Source: Rhodothermales bacterium (GTDB lineage: Bacteria > Bacteroidota > Rhodothermia > Rhodothermales > DATKEJ01). From it: a DNA stretch of 64,000 nt. Every line of letters begins with the position of its first letter. Positions within the stretch are counted from its first letter, which is position 1. Shown one piece after another: positions 1 through 9,268 of this stretch. A program made the translations under genes and the position numbers. The stretch is taken from positions 4,443,403 through 4,507,402 of the forward strand of contig CBDFNN010000004.1 in the NCBI GenBank assembly GCA_965250215.1, given 5' to 3'. The notes under the pieces were generated by a model. The model was not told the origin of the DNA and searched no databases. It worked only from the letters and a program-made list of their open reading frames with translations.

Positions 1-74
1 GTGTAAACGGATTCCGGCGAGGTCTTGCAAGAGAGGAGACCGAGCGCGAGAATTAACAGAGCTTTAGTTTTCAT
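1..74 (-). CDS. N-terminal fragment of a lipoprotein; the gene runs off the window start
   Basis: Reverse complement of 1..74 reads MKTKALLILALGLLSCKTSPESVYT. This is a signal peptide with an LLSC lipobox-like Cys. The ATG is rc of 72..74. Confidence 0.45.
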   Translation of the reverse strand, partial: MKTKALLILALGLLSCKTSPESVY

Positions 75-155
75 GGCTACTTGGGTATACGCAAAGTTAG
101 AGAATCAGAACGCCAGATTGTCATATTTCAGAATCTGATGTTCTGGTGTTCTGAT

Positions 156-1124
156 CTAGCCCCAGGTCTCGAAGCCACCATATCTAGTCCAGCAGTAGAA
201 GACGTAGCCGACGAGATATAAGAAGCCTTCGATGCGAGTTACCGCCAGTGGCATGAAGAGACGTAGGGTCACAAACAATGCGATTCCCCAAAAAACGCCT
301 AGATCAACAATAGTAATGTTGCCCATCGACAATGGGACAACTATCGCTACCAATCCAAGAACGCAGAGAATGTTGAAAATATTCGATCCCACTGCATTGC
401 CTGTCACAAGATCTGAGGAACCTCTTAAAGTAGCTGCAACTACAGTAAACACCTCCGGTAAACTTGTGCCAATAGCCATAATAGTCAGTCCAACAACGGC
501 TTCAGAGACTCCCATCAATAGCGCCAATTCTGACGCACCTCCGACGAACAAGTCAGATCCAACTACCAATCCACCAAGCCCGCCAAGCAATAAAACAATC
601 GGTTTCCAAAACACTTCGGACTTAGCCTCCTCCACATCCAACTCGAAATCCTCTTCGAGTTTGCCCGCTTTCATTTTTCGATTCGTACTAAAACCAGTAT
701 GAAGAATGTATCCAAGCAATCCTGCAAAAAGGACGGCGCCCTCCCATCGAACTAAACTTCCATCGGCGAGGAAGACTACAAGAAGAGTTGAGGCAAATAA
801 GGCAATCGGTGCATCCTTCTTAGTAAGCTGTGGGTCTATTTCAAATGGCTTGACCAGGGCAGCGATTCCCAGCACGAGTAATATATTGGCTATGTTCGAT
901 CCAATATTGTTGCCGATCGCCATATCTGTAAAACCCTCACTTGCTGCTTTTAAGCTGGTTACAAGTTCTGGCGTAGATGTGCCAAAGGCTACGATCGTTA
1001 GTCCAACTACAAGAATAGGTATGCCAAAGCGTAGTGCAATATGCGACGCGCCGCGAACAAAGATTTCGGCTCCAAAGATCAAAAGAATCAAGCCAGCTAT
1101 GAGGAAAAATATAGGTTCGAGCAT
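156..1124 (-). CDS. Ca2+/Na+ antiporter, CaCA (YrbG-like) family
   Basis: 322 aa polytopic membrane protein. It carries two alpha-repeat motifs (GTSTPELVTSL and GTSLPEVFTVV) typical of sodium/calcium exchangers. Confidence 0.85.
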   Translation of the reverse strand: MLEPIFFLIAGLILLIFGAEIFVRGASHIALRFGIPILVVGLTIVAFGTSTPELVTSLKAASEGFTDMAIGNNIGSNIANILLVLGIAALVKPFEIDPQLTKKDAPIALFASTLLVVFLADGSLVRWEGAVLFAGLLGYILHTGFSTNRKMKAGKLEEDFELDVEEAKSEVFWKPIVLLLGGLGGLVVGSDLFVGGASELALLMGVSEAVVGLTIMAIGTSLPEVFTVVAATLRGSSDLVTGNAVGSNIFNILCVLGLVAIVVPLSMGNITIVDLGVFWGIALFVTLRLFMPLAVTRIEGFLYLVGYVFYCWTRYGGFETWG

Positions 1125-1131
1125 GCTCTGG

Positions 1132-1509
1132 TTACTCGTCTAGCTTTTCTGGCTGATCTAGCTTTTCCATCTCTTCAGGCAAGCTTGGCTGATCTGGCGA
1201 GTCTTTCTTGTCCTGAGTGTCAAGCCCTAACAAACTGTCCTCCACGATCTCAAAACCTGGGGCACCTTTCAAAGCATCTTGTCTGCTGGCTGAAATTTCA
1301 TTTTTAATGAGCTCCATTTTTCTCAAGACCTCAGGGTCAGCTTGCTGGGTCGAAACGATGTAGGCAATTAGTCCGGCAAAGGAAAAAACTCCCACAATAA
1401 GGAAACTGATGAAAAAGCGCGAAGGCCATGTAGAAAGCGTCACCTTTCCTGGGGCACCACCGGTTCGTTCGTGTTCAGATCGTATTTCCTCCGTCGATTT
1501 AGCTTGCAT
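1132..1509 (-). CDS. hypothetical single-pass membrane protein with an acidic C-terminus
   Basis: 125 aa ORF with one TM helix (FFISFLIVGVFSFAGLIAYIV). Its start overlaps the pepT stop by 11 nt. No recognisable family. Confidence 0.4.
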   Translation of the reverse strand: MQAKSTEEIRSEHERTGGAPGKVTLSTWPSRFFISFLIVGVFSFAGLIAYIVSTQQADPEVLRKMELIKNEISASRQDALKGAPGFEIVEDSLLGLDTQDKKDSPDQPSLPEEMEKLDQPEKLDE

Positions 1510-2794
1510 TTTTTGACCAATGTCCCATCAGGGCTTTTACAAATGTCGCCGCTCGTTCAAGATTCTGAACCGTATTCCATTCATGAACCGAATGAAATTG
1601 TCGACCTCCTGTGAAAATGTTTGGAGTTGGTAAACCCAACTCAGACAAACGGGATCCATCTGTACCTCCTCTTATGCTCGTTGCCGTCAATTCAATGCCG
1701 AGCTCCTTTGCCGTCTCGAACAAATAGTCCACGGCTCGCGGATCAGAGTCATGGATATAAGCTGCCATATTTTTGTAGCTATCTTCGATTCTGAGATCGA
1801 TCTCTGCACCCGAATGTGTCGCAAGAAATTCTTCTCTTAGCTTGATTAAGAAAGATTTCCTCATCTCAAGCCCCTCTTCCTCAAAGTCGCGCAGAAGTAT
1901 TTTCACCCTGGCTACTGAAACATCACCCTCGAATTTGTGCGGATGATAATAGCCTTGTCGACCTTCCGTTGTAGATGGTCTTTCTGTTCGCGGAATTCGG
2001 CCAACAAAATCCGCAGCAATTTGCAAGGCATTTATCATTATGCCTTTGGCGTATCCCGGATGAACGTTATGTCCTTTCACAAGGAGCTCCGCTCCCGCGG
2101 CAGCAAAGTTCTCCGTATCAACTGTATCGATTTCACTTCCGTCTATCGTGTAGGCCACATCGCATGAAAGTTCGGACAAATCCAATGCTTCAACACCTTT
2201 CCCTATCTCTTCATCGATCGTGAAGCAGACTCTTATTTTTGGTCTTGGCGTATCGCTGTGAAAAAGGTCTTCAACCACTTGCATGATTATAGCAACGCCG
2301 GCCTTGTCATCACTTCCAAGTAGTGTGCTACCGTCCGTAGTGATGACATCCTCCCCAATGTGGTTTTGCAATTCTGGGTCAATCTCTTCGCTAAGGATAA
2401 CATTGCCGTCCTCGGAAAGAACGATGTCCCCTCCGGCGTAGGCATAGTGGATCTTTGCCTCGACCCCATGACCTGGCTCATCTGGAGAGGTATCTAAATG
2501 GGCGATCAGGCCCACGGTAGGCCCGGTATATTCGACTGGAAATGCCTCGAGTGTAGCAAATACGTATCCCTCAGGATTCATATAGGCGTCTTTCATTCCG
2601 ATGCCCAATAACTCCTGGACCAAAATCCTAGATAGGTCTTTCTGTTTTTCTGTCGATGGTATGCTGTCGGATGCCGGATCTGATTGCGTATCGATTTTTA
2701 CGTATTCGAGAAATCTCTTTGCGATGTTTGGGAGATCGTTTGTCAATACCTGCGAAATTTGGATTTTAGTTTTACGGAAGTGTGGGAAACCCAC
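1499..2794 (-). CDS. pepT: peptidase T (tripeptide aminopeptidase), M20B family
   Basis: 431 aa. M20 metal-binding motifs are present (HLDTSPD and GSDDKAGVA), and length and architecture match PepT. Confidence 0.8.
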   Translation of the reverse strand: MGFPHFRKTKIQISQVLTNDLPNIAKRFLEYVKIDTQSDPASDSIPSTEKQKDLSRILVQELLGIGMKDAYMNPEGYVFATLEAFPVEYTGPTVGLIAHLDTSPDEPGHGVEAKIHYAYAGGDIVLSEDGNVILSEEIDPELQNHIGEDVITTDGSTLLGSDDKAGVAIIMQVVEDLFHSDTPRPKIRVCFTIDEEIGKGVEALDLSELSCDVAYTIDGSEIDTVDTENFAAAGAELLVKGHNVHPGYAKGIMINALQIAADFVGRIPRTERPSTTEGRQGYYHPHKFEGDVSVARVKILLRDFEEEGLEMRKSFLIKLREEFLATHSGAEIDLRIEDSYKNMAAYIHDSDPRAVDYLFETAKELGIELTATSIRGGTDGSRLSELGLPTPNIFTGGRQFHSVHEWNTVQNLERAATFVKALMGHWSKNAS

Positions 2795-2911
2795 TAAGTC
2801 ATTCTACTTCTTGTCGCGTTAAACTATCCCGTATTGGCATTTGTTCGTCGCATCGATCGGATCTTGAATTGAATAGCAGAATGCAAATGGGCTCTCGTTC
2901 CAATCACAAGT

Positions 2912-3535
2912 CTACTCTAATCCTTCTTCAGAGTCAGCGATAATGTGGATCGAGAAATTTTCAGGATTTTTCCCCTCAGCCAGCGAAAAGAAGGTATTTA
3001 AACTCTCCATATCAGAGTTGAAGTTATCATTTGGGATCAGAAGATCGCCAAAAGTTATCGTTTTCGTTTTATAATCGAATGAGACGGGAAAAAGAGGAAC
3101 ATCTGCCTCTTTCGCCATGAAGTAGAAGCCTGTCTTCCATTTGTCACGCTTGGATCTTGTGCCTTCGGGGGTAATGGCCAAAGCCATTTTATCGGCGTCC
3201 TTAAAGGCCTGAGCTACCTGATCAACTACACCGAGCTTTTTATCCCTAATTACCGGAATTCCACCGAGAGCTTTCATGATTCTGCCCACTGGTGGTTTGA
3301 AGAGACTGTCCTTGCCCATCCATGATATCTTCAATTGTATCGCGGCCCTCGCTGCTATCCCAACAAAGAAATCCCAGTTAGAGGTATGTGGCGCCACGAT
3401 CATGATGAACTTTGGAACGTTCGGGATTTCGCCAGCAAACTTCCAACCCATCAGTTTCATTTGTAATCGCCCAAGAGCCTGGGAAAGGAAATTTCCCTTC
3501 CGTGGAAGCTTCGATCCAACAGTGTAATCTTTCAA
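2912..3535 (-). CDS. lysophospholipid (1-acyl-sn-glycerol-3-phosphate) acyltransferase family protein
   Basis: 207 aa with the HxxxxD acyltransferase motif (APHTSNWDF). It is a paralog of the ORF at 49770..50492. Confidence 0.7.
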   Translation of the reverse strand: MKDYTVGSKLPRKGNFLSQALGRLQMKLMGWKFAGEIPNVPKFIMIVAPHTSNWDFFVGIAARAAIQLKISWMGKDSLFKPPVGRIMKALGGIPVIRDKKLGVVDQVAQAFKDADKMALAITPEGTRSKRDKWKTGFYFMAKEADVPLFPVSFDYKTKTITFGDLLIPNDNFNSDMESLNTFFSLAEGKNPENFSIHIIADSEEGLE

Positions 3536-3572
3536 GTACTGTTACGAGTTACGGAGGCCAGATTTCAGTTGT

Positions 3573-4730
3573 CTATTCCAAGCCTTTATAGGTAAAAGCC
3601 ACTAAGGTCATATCATCTGCTTGTTCCTCCTCTCCAGCAAATAGGTCAACCTCTGTAACGATGCGCTCAATTAACTCCTCTGGCGAGTCGCCGATGTATT
3701 CGCCAAGTATTGTCGGCGAGCGCTCCTCCATGAACTCCTGTCTGTCGGCATTCTTTGCCTCAGGAATTCCATCAGTATAGAAAAGAACCGTGTCTCCTGG
3801 TTTTAGATAGGACTCTCCAGTGGAGTATTCAAAGTCACTAAGCAAACTCACGGCAGGACCTTTGCTATCTTTTAGTTCTCTTACCTCGCCGTCGGCCTGC
3901 AAAATAAGTGGCGGGAAATGGCCGGCATTGCAGTATTGAAAGCGACCACTTTCCAAATCCAATAGACTGGAAAGTACGGTGACAAACATCTTTGGAAGGG
4001 ATCGTGGAAACAGAAGTCTGTTTAGCATCCGAAGACTGTCCCCAGGCGTTTCCGATTCCTGAATGACGCCCTGCATCAATGTCGTACAGATCGCCATATA
4101 GAGTGCTGCCGATATACCTTTTCCGGAAACGTCTCCGATACTGACGGAAAGAACGTTTTCGCCTTTGAGGAAGAAATCAAAATAATCGCCACCCACGGAT
4201 TTGGCTGGTCTCATGAAAGCAGAACCAACGACCGAGGGATGTATGGGGAAATCCATAGCCAAGACGCGCTGCTGTATTTCGCGAGCTGAGTCTAATTCTG
4301 TTTTCAAGACCTTTAAGTCAGATCGTGCTTTCTTGGCCTTTTTTATTTCTAGGACATCTTTTCCAGCCTTCTGAATGGTCGCCTTCAGATCTTCGAAATT
4401 TATGGGTTTTGTGATAAAGTCATAGGCGCCATTGTTCATAGCCTGTCTAATATTGGACAGATCACTATAGGCCGTTACAACGATGGTCTTGAATGATTCT
4501 TCCAACTCTAACACTTCACCCAGCAAGGTCAATCCGTCCATTCCAGGCATATTTATGTCTGACAATATGACATCTATATCGTGATCGCCTCTAAGAAATG
4601 CCAGTGCCTCATTTCCATTTTCTTTGAACTCGAAACTCCATCCTTCATCTCGAACTTCTCGTCTGAATCGCTGACGTACGAGAGCAGCCATATCGGGCTC
4701 ATCATCAACTACGAGAATATTAAATGACAT
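3573..4730 (-). CDS. response regulator with a PP2C-type (SpoIIE/RsbU-like) Ser/Thr phosphatase output domain
   Basis: N-terminal receiver domain (ILVVDDEPDM...DVILSDINMPGMDGL). The C-terminal PP2C region includes GDVSGKG and a DxxD metal site. Confidence 0.8.
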   Translation of the reverse strand: MSFNILVVDDEPDMAALVRQRFRREVRDEGWSFEFKENGNEALAFLRGDHDIDVILSDINMPGMDGLTLLGEVLELEESFKTIVVTAYSDLSNIRQAMNNGAYDFITKPINFEDLKATIQKAGKDVLEIKKAKKARSDLKVLKTELDSAREIQQRVLAMDFPIHPSVVGSAFMRPAKSVGGDYFDFFLKGENVLSVSIGDVSGKGISAALYMAICTTLMQGVIQESETPGDSLRMLNRLLFPRSLPKMFVTVLSSLLDLESGRFQYCNAGHFPPLILQADGEVRELKDSKGPAVSLLSDFEYSTGESYLKPGDTVLFYTDGIPEAKNADRQEFMEERSPTILGEYIGDSPEELIERIVTEVDLFAGEEEQADDMTLVAFTYKGLE

Positions 4731-5092
4731 AGGAGTATTAGTAATAACTGTCGAGCATAAGGGCTGCAGTACTCTTCAACGAACGACTTAAGCCAAAACA
4801 GGCTAGATAATCTACAACAATGATTACATGGATGACATTACTCGAGCTTTTCGACTGGATTTCTCCGTTTTAACGCAATAATAATTCCAATTTTTTTATT
4901 CGCTTATCAAGCCAGACAATTTCTCGTTTATCCTAGTGTACCCCAGCGAGAGAGCTAATAACTAGTCCGAAGTGGCCGGTTTTGTTAGATTACCCCAAGA
5001 TTAAATATGAACAATCGACTGTGTTAACTTAACATTGTCCTATATTTATCGTAGTTCCACCTACTAACCGATTTCTAACGAACCACACCGCT

Positions 5093-5650
5093 ATGAAATA
5101 CTACACCCTTAAACTGAGCACGGTTCTTGCCGTCATACTACTTTTAGCCTCAAGTCCTTCCTTTGCTCAAACCGATTTAGCGACTTCCAGTGCGGCCTTT
5201 GATTCGGGTCTGAGCGATAAAGATCTCGCCCTGAAAAACGAACTATTGGCACTGGATCCTACCAATACCAAGCATATTGCAAAAGGTGCTATATACTTCT
5301 CCCAAGACCTTGCAGACGAAGGGCCTCAACCTGATGCTGACGAAGGGCCTCAACCTGATGCTGACGAAGGGCCTCAACCCGATGCTGACGAAGGGCCTCA
5401 ACCCGATATGCATGTAGTTGAAGGCGGCAGTGTGATAGTTCTTGAGCTTGTGTACGGAAAGTTAAATACAAACGTTTTGTTTGGGACTGCCGAATGGGAT
5501 AAAGTTACCATTCGCGGCACAAGAATTGTAACAAACGAACAGAAGATCGAAGTGAATCGATACTTTATTCGAACATTTACTGTTGAGGAAGGTGCGTGGA
5601 AGATTTCATCGTGGGTCGAGATGACTCTCAAATCTGATGATGAAGAGTAG
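5093..5650 (+). CDS. secreted hypothetical protein with 4x DEGPQPDA tandem repeats and a small C-terminal domain
   Basis: Signal peptide MKYYTLKLSTVLAVILLLASSPSFAQ. Four perfect 8-aa repeats are encoded by a 24-bp DNA tandem. Confidence 0.6.
   Translation: MKYYTLKLSTVLAVILLLASSPSFAQTDLATSSAAFDSGLSDKDLALKNELLALDPTNTKHIAKGAIYFSQDLADEGPQPDADEGPQPDADEGPQPDADEGPQPDMHVVEGGSVIVLELVYGKLNTNVLFGTAEWDKVTIRGTRIVTNEQKIEVNRYFIRTFTVEEGAWKISSWVEMTLKSDDEE
5315..5410 (+). repeat. 24-bp tandem repeat, 4 copies (gacgaagggcctcaacctgatgct), inside the CDS
   Basis: Direct reading: near-identical units at 5315, 5339, 5363 and 5387. Only wobble changes (cct/ccc) distinguish them. Confidence 0.9.
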
Positions 5651-5680
5651 TCGATGAGCTGGCTCATTTAGAATAGCTCC

Positions 5681-5714
5681 GGAGTCTAGCAGTCATGCTA
5701 GACTCCGCTTTGTT
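5681..5714 (+). terminator. putative Rho-independent terminator
   Basis: Stem GGAGTCTAGCA / GCTAGACTCC with a short loop, followed by GCTTTGTTT. It lies 30 nt after the stop at 5650. Confidence 0.55.
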
Positions 5715-5778
5715 TAGGGTCATGGCACTCGAATATTCATCTTTGGGGTCGATCTGAACCTTTAATAGTGACCTAACC

Positions 5779-8700
5779 TTGAAGGTAGATAGCAGACGTA
5801 ATAATGCTGAGAATCGGAGCCTGGCACTTGTTGCCAAGCTCCGATTCCTTTTATTATGGTGCTCCATCTTAGCGGTGGGCGGATCATTGGTCCACGCTCA
5901 GGATGCATCCAGATCCGGTTTAAGTCCACTCAGAAATTTCGATCCTCAGGAGTACGGATATAATTCGCAGAACTGGGATGTAACTCAGTCCGATGCGGGA
6001 CTCATCTATTTTGCCAATCGAAACGGCGTTTTAGAATTTGATGGCGCCAGTTGGAATCTGTATCCCCTTGAATCTGGCAATACAGTAAGATGTGTCACCT
6101 CGAAGGACGGTACCATCTATGCAGGTGGTAAAGGTGAATTTGGATATCTTTCTCAGGAATCCGGAAATGCTCTCAAATTTATCAGTCTTTCTACAACGAT
6201 CGAACTGGACTTTGCCGATGTATGGTCTTGTATCGCAACTGAGTACGGAGTCATCTTCCAGTCGTCCAACTATCTTTTCCTATATGACGGAGAGCGCGTT
6301 GATATCTACAACATTGCGGACGTCGCAGCCGCAGATTCTATGGAAAACCCTAGATATTATTCTCCATACACGCTTGGGGATAGGACTTTTGTCTCTCTGG
6401 GTGGAGGAAATGGAATTCTCGAATTTGACGGGGAAGGATTCACATTCATCGAGGGCTCCAATTTGCAGAGCTCGGTCCTTGGTTTATTGCCGCATGACGA
6501 CTTTGAATTCATCGCCGTCACAACGAGAAAAGGACTTTTTACTTATGACGGTGACTCCTTTTCTCCATTTGAAACTGACGACGATAACAGTTTCGTTGGC
6601 AATAATGTTTACAAAGCCACAACGCTTCCCAACGGTAATTGGGTGCTCGCTAGTACCGGCGGAGGCGGCGTTACTATTCTAAATCAGAACGGCGAAATTG
6701 TTCAGAAACTGGACTCAGAGCTAGGACCAAATCGGACCTCTTTGACAGGCATACATGCTGACCCGTCCGGCAACTTATGGATAGCATCTGAATACGGAAT
6801 GTCATTCTCGGAGGTGTCTTCTAGCTTTCTAGAATTCGACGATCGCTTAGATCTCAATGGACTTCCTAATGACGCTCTGGTTTTTGATGGCAAATTAATC
6901 GTCTCAACCAATCTAGGCGTACAAGCCCTTGATCTTACAAGCGCCAATCGAGAAGTAAATAAATTCAGCAACATCGCAGGTCTTGACCATCGGTCGGTGG
7001 AACTTCTTCACTTTGATGATCAGCTTATCACAGCAACTTATTCAGAAGGCGTCTATCGATTCATGGATGGAATAGTGACTTGGCTTGGTGGAGTCGTATA
7101 TGATATCAATACTTTAAAGAGGTCAACCAGAAACCCCAATCGTATTTTCCTAGGTTGCATAGGAGGTGTTTCATCATTCCTGTACGACAGGGGTCAGTGG
7201 ATCGACGAAGGTTATTTAGTTGAATTCTCGGGTGATGTCGGTTCTATTCTGGAGCTTCCGAACGGTGATATATTAGCGGGAACGTTTTATAAAGGAGTTG
7301 TCCTACTGCGCAAGCAAGAAGGCAGTGACTCCGTAGATGATTTTCATATAGAATATCTTGGTGAAGAACATGGTCTCAGCACCCAAGGAAGAGTTTACCT
7401 AGCACTCATTGATTCCCAGGTTAAAATCTTAACGATTGAAGGTATTCTGCAGTATGAGAACAATCGATTTGCTCTTGATCCTCAGTTTGAACGTGTCGAA
7501 AAATCGCTGGATAATAACTTCGTTTCTCTGACTCAAGGAAAGAACCGTCTTTGGGGAGCCGGTAAAAACGGTCTCTACGCTCTAGTCTTAAACGAAAACG
7601 GTCTCTACCAAGTCGATGCTTCTTTCTTGTCAGGAAGGCAAGTAAACAACTTGTCTATCGGCCAAGACGGAAACATTTGGATAACCGAAAATGAACTGAT
7701 CACTCTTTTTGACAGTCAAGCAGAAATCTTATCCCCCGAAGCTCAGACCTTGATTAGGGAAATTGAAGATTCGAGAATTGACTCTACCCTGTTCCACGCC
7801 TCCAACAATACTTCTACACAACCACTCCTAGAAATTCCGCATGAGAATAGGTCAATAATTGTACGCTTCGCGAATCTCGGCTTTGACACCAAGTTGAGCA
7901 GTTTATTCAGATTTCGACTTCTTGGGCTAGACTCAAATTGGTCCACCTGGACACAAGAAACCTCGACAGACTATCCCGACTTACCGTCTGGACTCTACAA
8001 CTTTGAAGTCGAAGGTCAAAACAACAGAGGTGGTGCAAATACGATTGCCAGTATTCCGATTAGAATAAAGGCTCCATGGTATGCTACCATCTGGGCAAAA
8101 ATTCTTTACGCAGTTCTTTCGGTCCTAATTTTGGCCGGCCTCCTTTCCGTGATGCGCAGGCGTTTCGTCGCTATGGAACGAGCCAGATCTTTCTCTCGAC
8201 TCACCGAGGCTCATGATCAACTGCAAAGATCCCACGACTCTCTTCGTCAGACACAACGACAGCTTGTTCATGCTGAGAAATTGGCTTCAATGGGCCAGCT
8301 TACTTCAGGAATTGCCCACGAGATTAAGAACCCTCTTAATTTCATTAATAACTTCGTTGAGCTCAATGACGAATTGCTTACTGAGATTAAAGAAAATCTG
8401 ATTTCCTTCAAGGACAGAAAAGTTGGAGAGGTCTATCCCGATCTGAAGGCAACCCTAGACGATATCAAGGAAAACTCTACGATAATAAAAAAGCACGGTC
8501 AACGCGCTGACCGAGTTGTCCAAAGCATGATGGAGCATGCTCGAGGTGGCGAAGGCGAGTTTTCGATAGTTGACTTCAATCAATTTGTAGAGGAATATGT
8601 CCACTTAGCTTATTTCTCAATCAAATCGAAGAAACAAGGCATCAATATCGATTTGGTTCAGGACTATGATTCCGCCTGCAAAAAGGCTCCCTTAATGACT

Positions 8701-9108
8701 CAGGAGCTTGGGCAAGTTCTCATCAACCTGCTTAACAACGCCTATGATGCCATCGCAACACGACTGGAATCGGAAAGCGATCCTGACTTCAAACCACAAC
8801 TCGTAATATCAACACGATTAGAAACCGAGACAAATTCCCATGTCTTAGAGGTTCGGGACAATGGATCCGGCATGAGTAAAAAAGTGATGGATCACATTTT
8901 CGAACCTTTCTATACGACTAAAAAAGCTGGTGAAGGAACCGGACTCGGTTTATCCTTAAGTCACGAAATGGTGACCGTTGGACATGGAGGTAGCATAGAG
9001 GTTAAATCGGAATTGAATAAGGGCACTACCTTTAGTTTGATCCTTCCATTGAAATCGCTGGAAAGTCACTATCAGACTCAGATGTCCACTCCAGAATTCA
9101 ATTCCTGA
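5779..9108 (+). CDS. sensor histidine kinase with periplasmic two-component-regulator beta-propeller and Y_Y_Y domains; no receiver domain
   Basis: 1109 aa. N-terminal signal/TM, repeated propeller blades, a TM segment (ILYAVLSVLILAGLL), HisKA (HEIKNPLNFI) and HATPase_c (GTGLGLSLS). Confidence 0.8.
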   Translation: MKVDSRRNNAENRSLALVAKLRFLLLWCSILAVGGSLVHAQDASRSGLSPLRNFDPQEYGYNSQNWDVTQSDAGLIYFANRNGVLEFDGASWNLYPLESGNTVRCVTSKDGTIYAGGKGEFGYLSQESGNALKFISLSTTIELDFADVWSCIATEYGVIFQSSNYLFLYDGERVDIYNIADVAAADSMENPRYYSPYTLGDRTFVSLGGGNGILEFDGEGFTFIEGSNLQSSVLGLLPHDDFEFIAVTTRKGLFTYDGDSFSPFETDDDNSFVGNNVYKATTLPNGNWVLASTGGGGVTILNQNGEIVQKLDSELGPNRTSLTGIHADPSGNLWIASEYGMSFSEVSSSFLEFDDRLDLNGLPNDALVFDGKLIVSTNLGVQALDLTSANREVNKFSNIAGLDHRSVELLHFDDQLITATYSEGVYRFMDGIVTWLGGVVYDINTLKRSTRNPNRIFLGCIGGVSSFLYDRGQWIDEGYLVEFSGDVGSILELPNGDILAGTFYKGVVLLRKQEGSDSVDDFHIEYLGEEHGLSTQGRVYLALIDSQVKILTIEGILQYENNRFALDPQFERVEKSLDNNFVSLTQGKNRLWGAGKNGLYALVLNENGLYQVDASFLSGRQVNNLSIGQDGNIWITENELITLFDSQAEILSPEAQTLIREIEDSRIDSTLFHASNNTSTQPLLEIPHENRSIIVRFANLGFDTKLSSLFRFRLLGLDSNWSTWTQETSTDYPDLPSGLYNFEVEGQNNRGGANTIASIPIRIKAPWYATIWAKILYAVLSVLILAGLLSVMRRRFVAMERARSFSRLTEAHDQLQRSHDSLRQTQRQLVHAEKLASMGQLTSGIAHEIKNPLNFINNFVELNDELLTEIKENLISFKDRKVGEVYPDLKATLDDIKENSTIIKKHGQRADRVVQSMMEHARGGEGEFSIVDFNQFVEEYVHLAYFSIKSKKQGINIDLVQDYDSACKKAPLMTQELGQVLINLLNNAYDAIATRLESESDPDFKPQLVISTRLETETNSHVLEVRDNGSGMSKKVMDHIFEPFYTTKKAGEGTGLGLSLSHEMVTVGHGGSIEVKSELNKGTTFSLILPLKSLESHYQTQMSTPEFNS

Positions 9109-9268
9109 TCTTGTCTAAGCTAGCACTAAAATGAGCAATGACTGGGTCAATCTCCTGTCTGAGAAACCACAGTAACTCACTGATGTAGTGTAACGCATAA
9201 GAAGAAGAGGCCACTCAGAGAGAGTAATGTTAAGGCCCAGAATTGCCCAATAAATCTCAATAGAAAAG

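Noticed and set aside
4731-5092. AT-rich 360-bp divergent intergenic region examined for tRNA or ncRNA
   Set aside because: No cloverleaf-compatible segments or conserved ncRNA motifs were recognisable by eye. It is likely a promoter region only.
5289-5471. Minus-strand ORF (60 aa) with repeats VEALRQHQ
   Set aside because: It is the antisense translation of the 24-bp tandem repeat inside the 5093..5650 CDS, not an independent gene.
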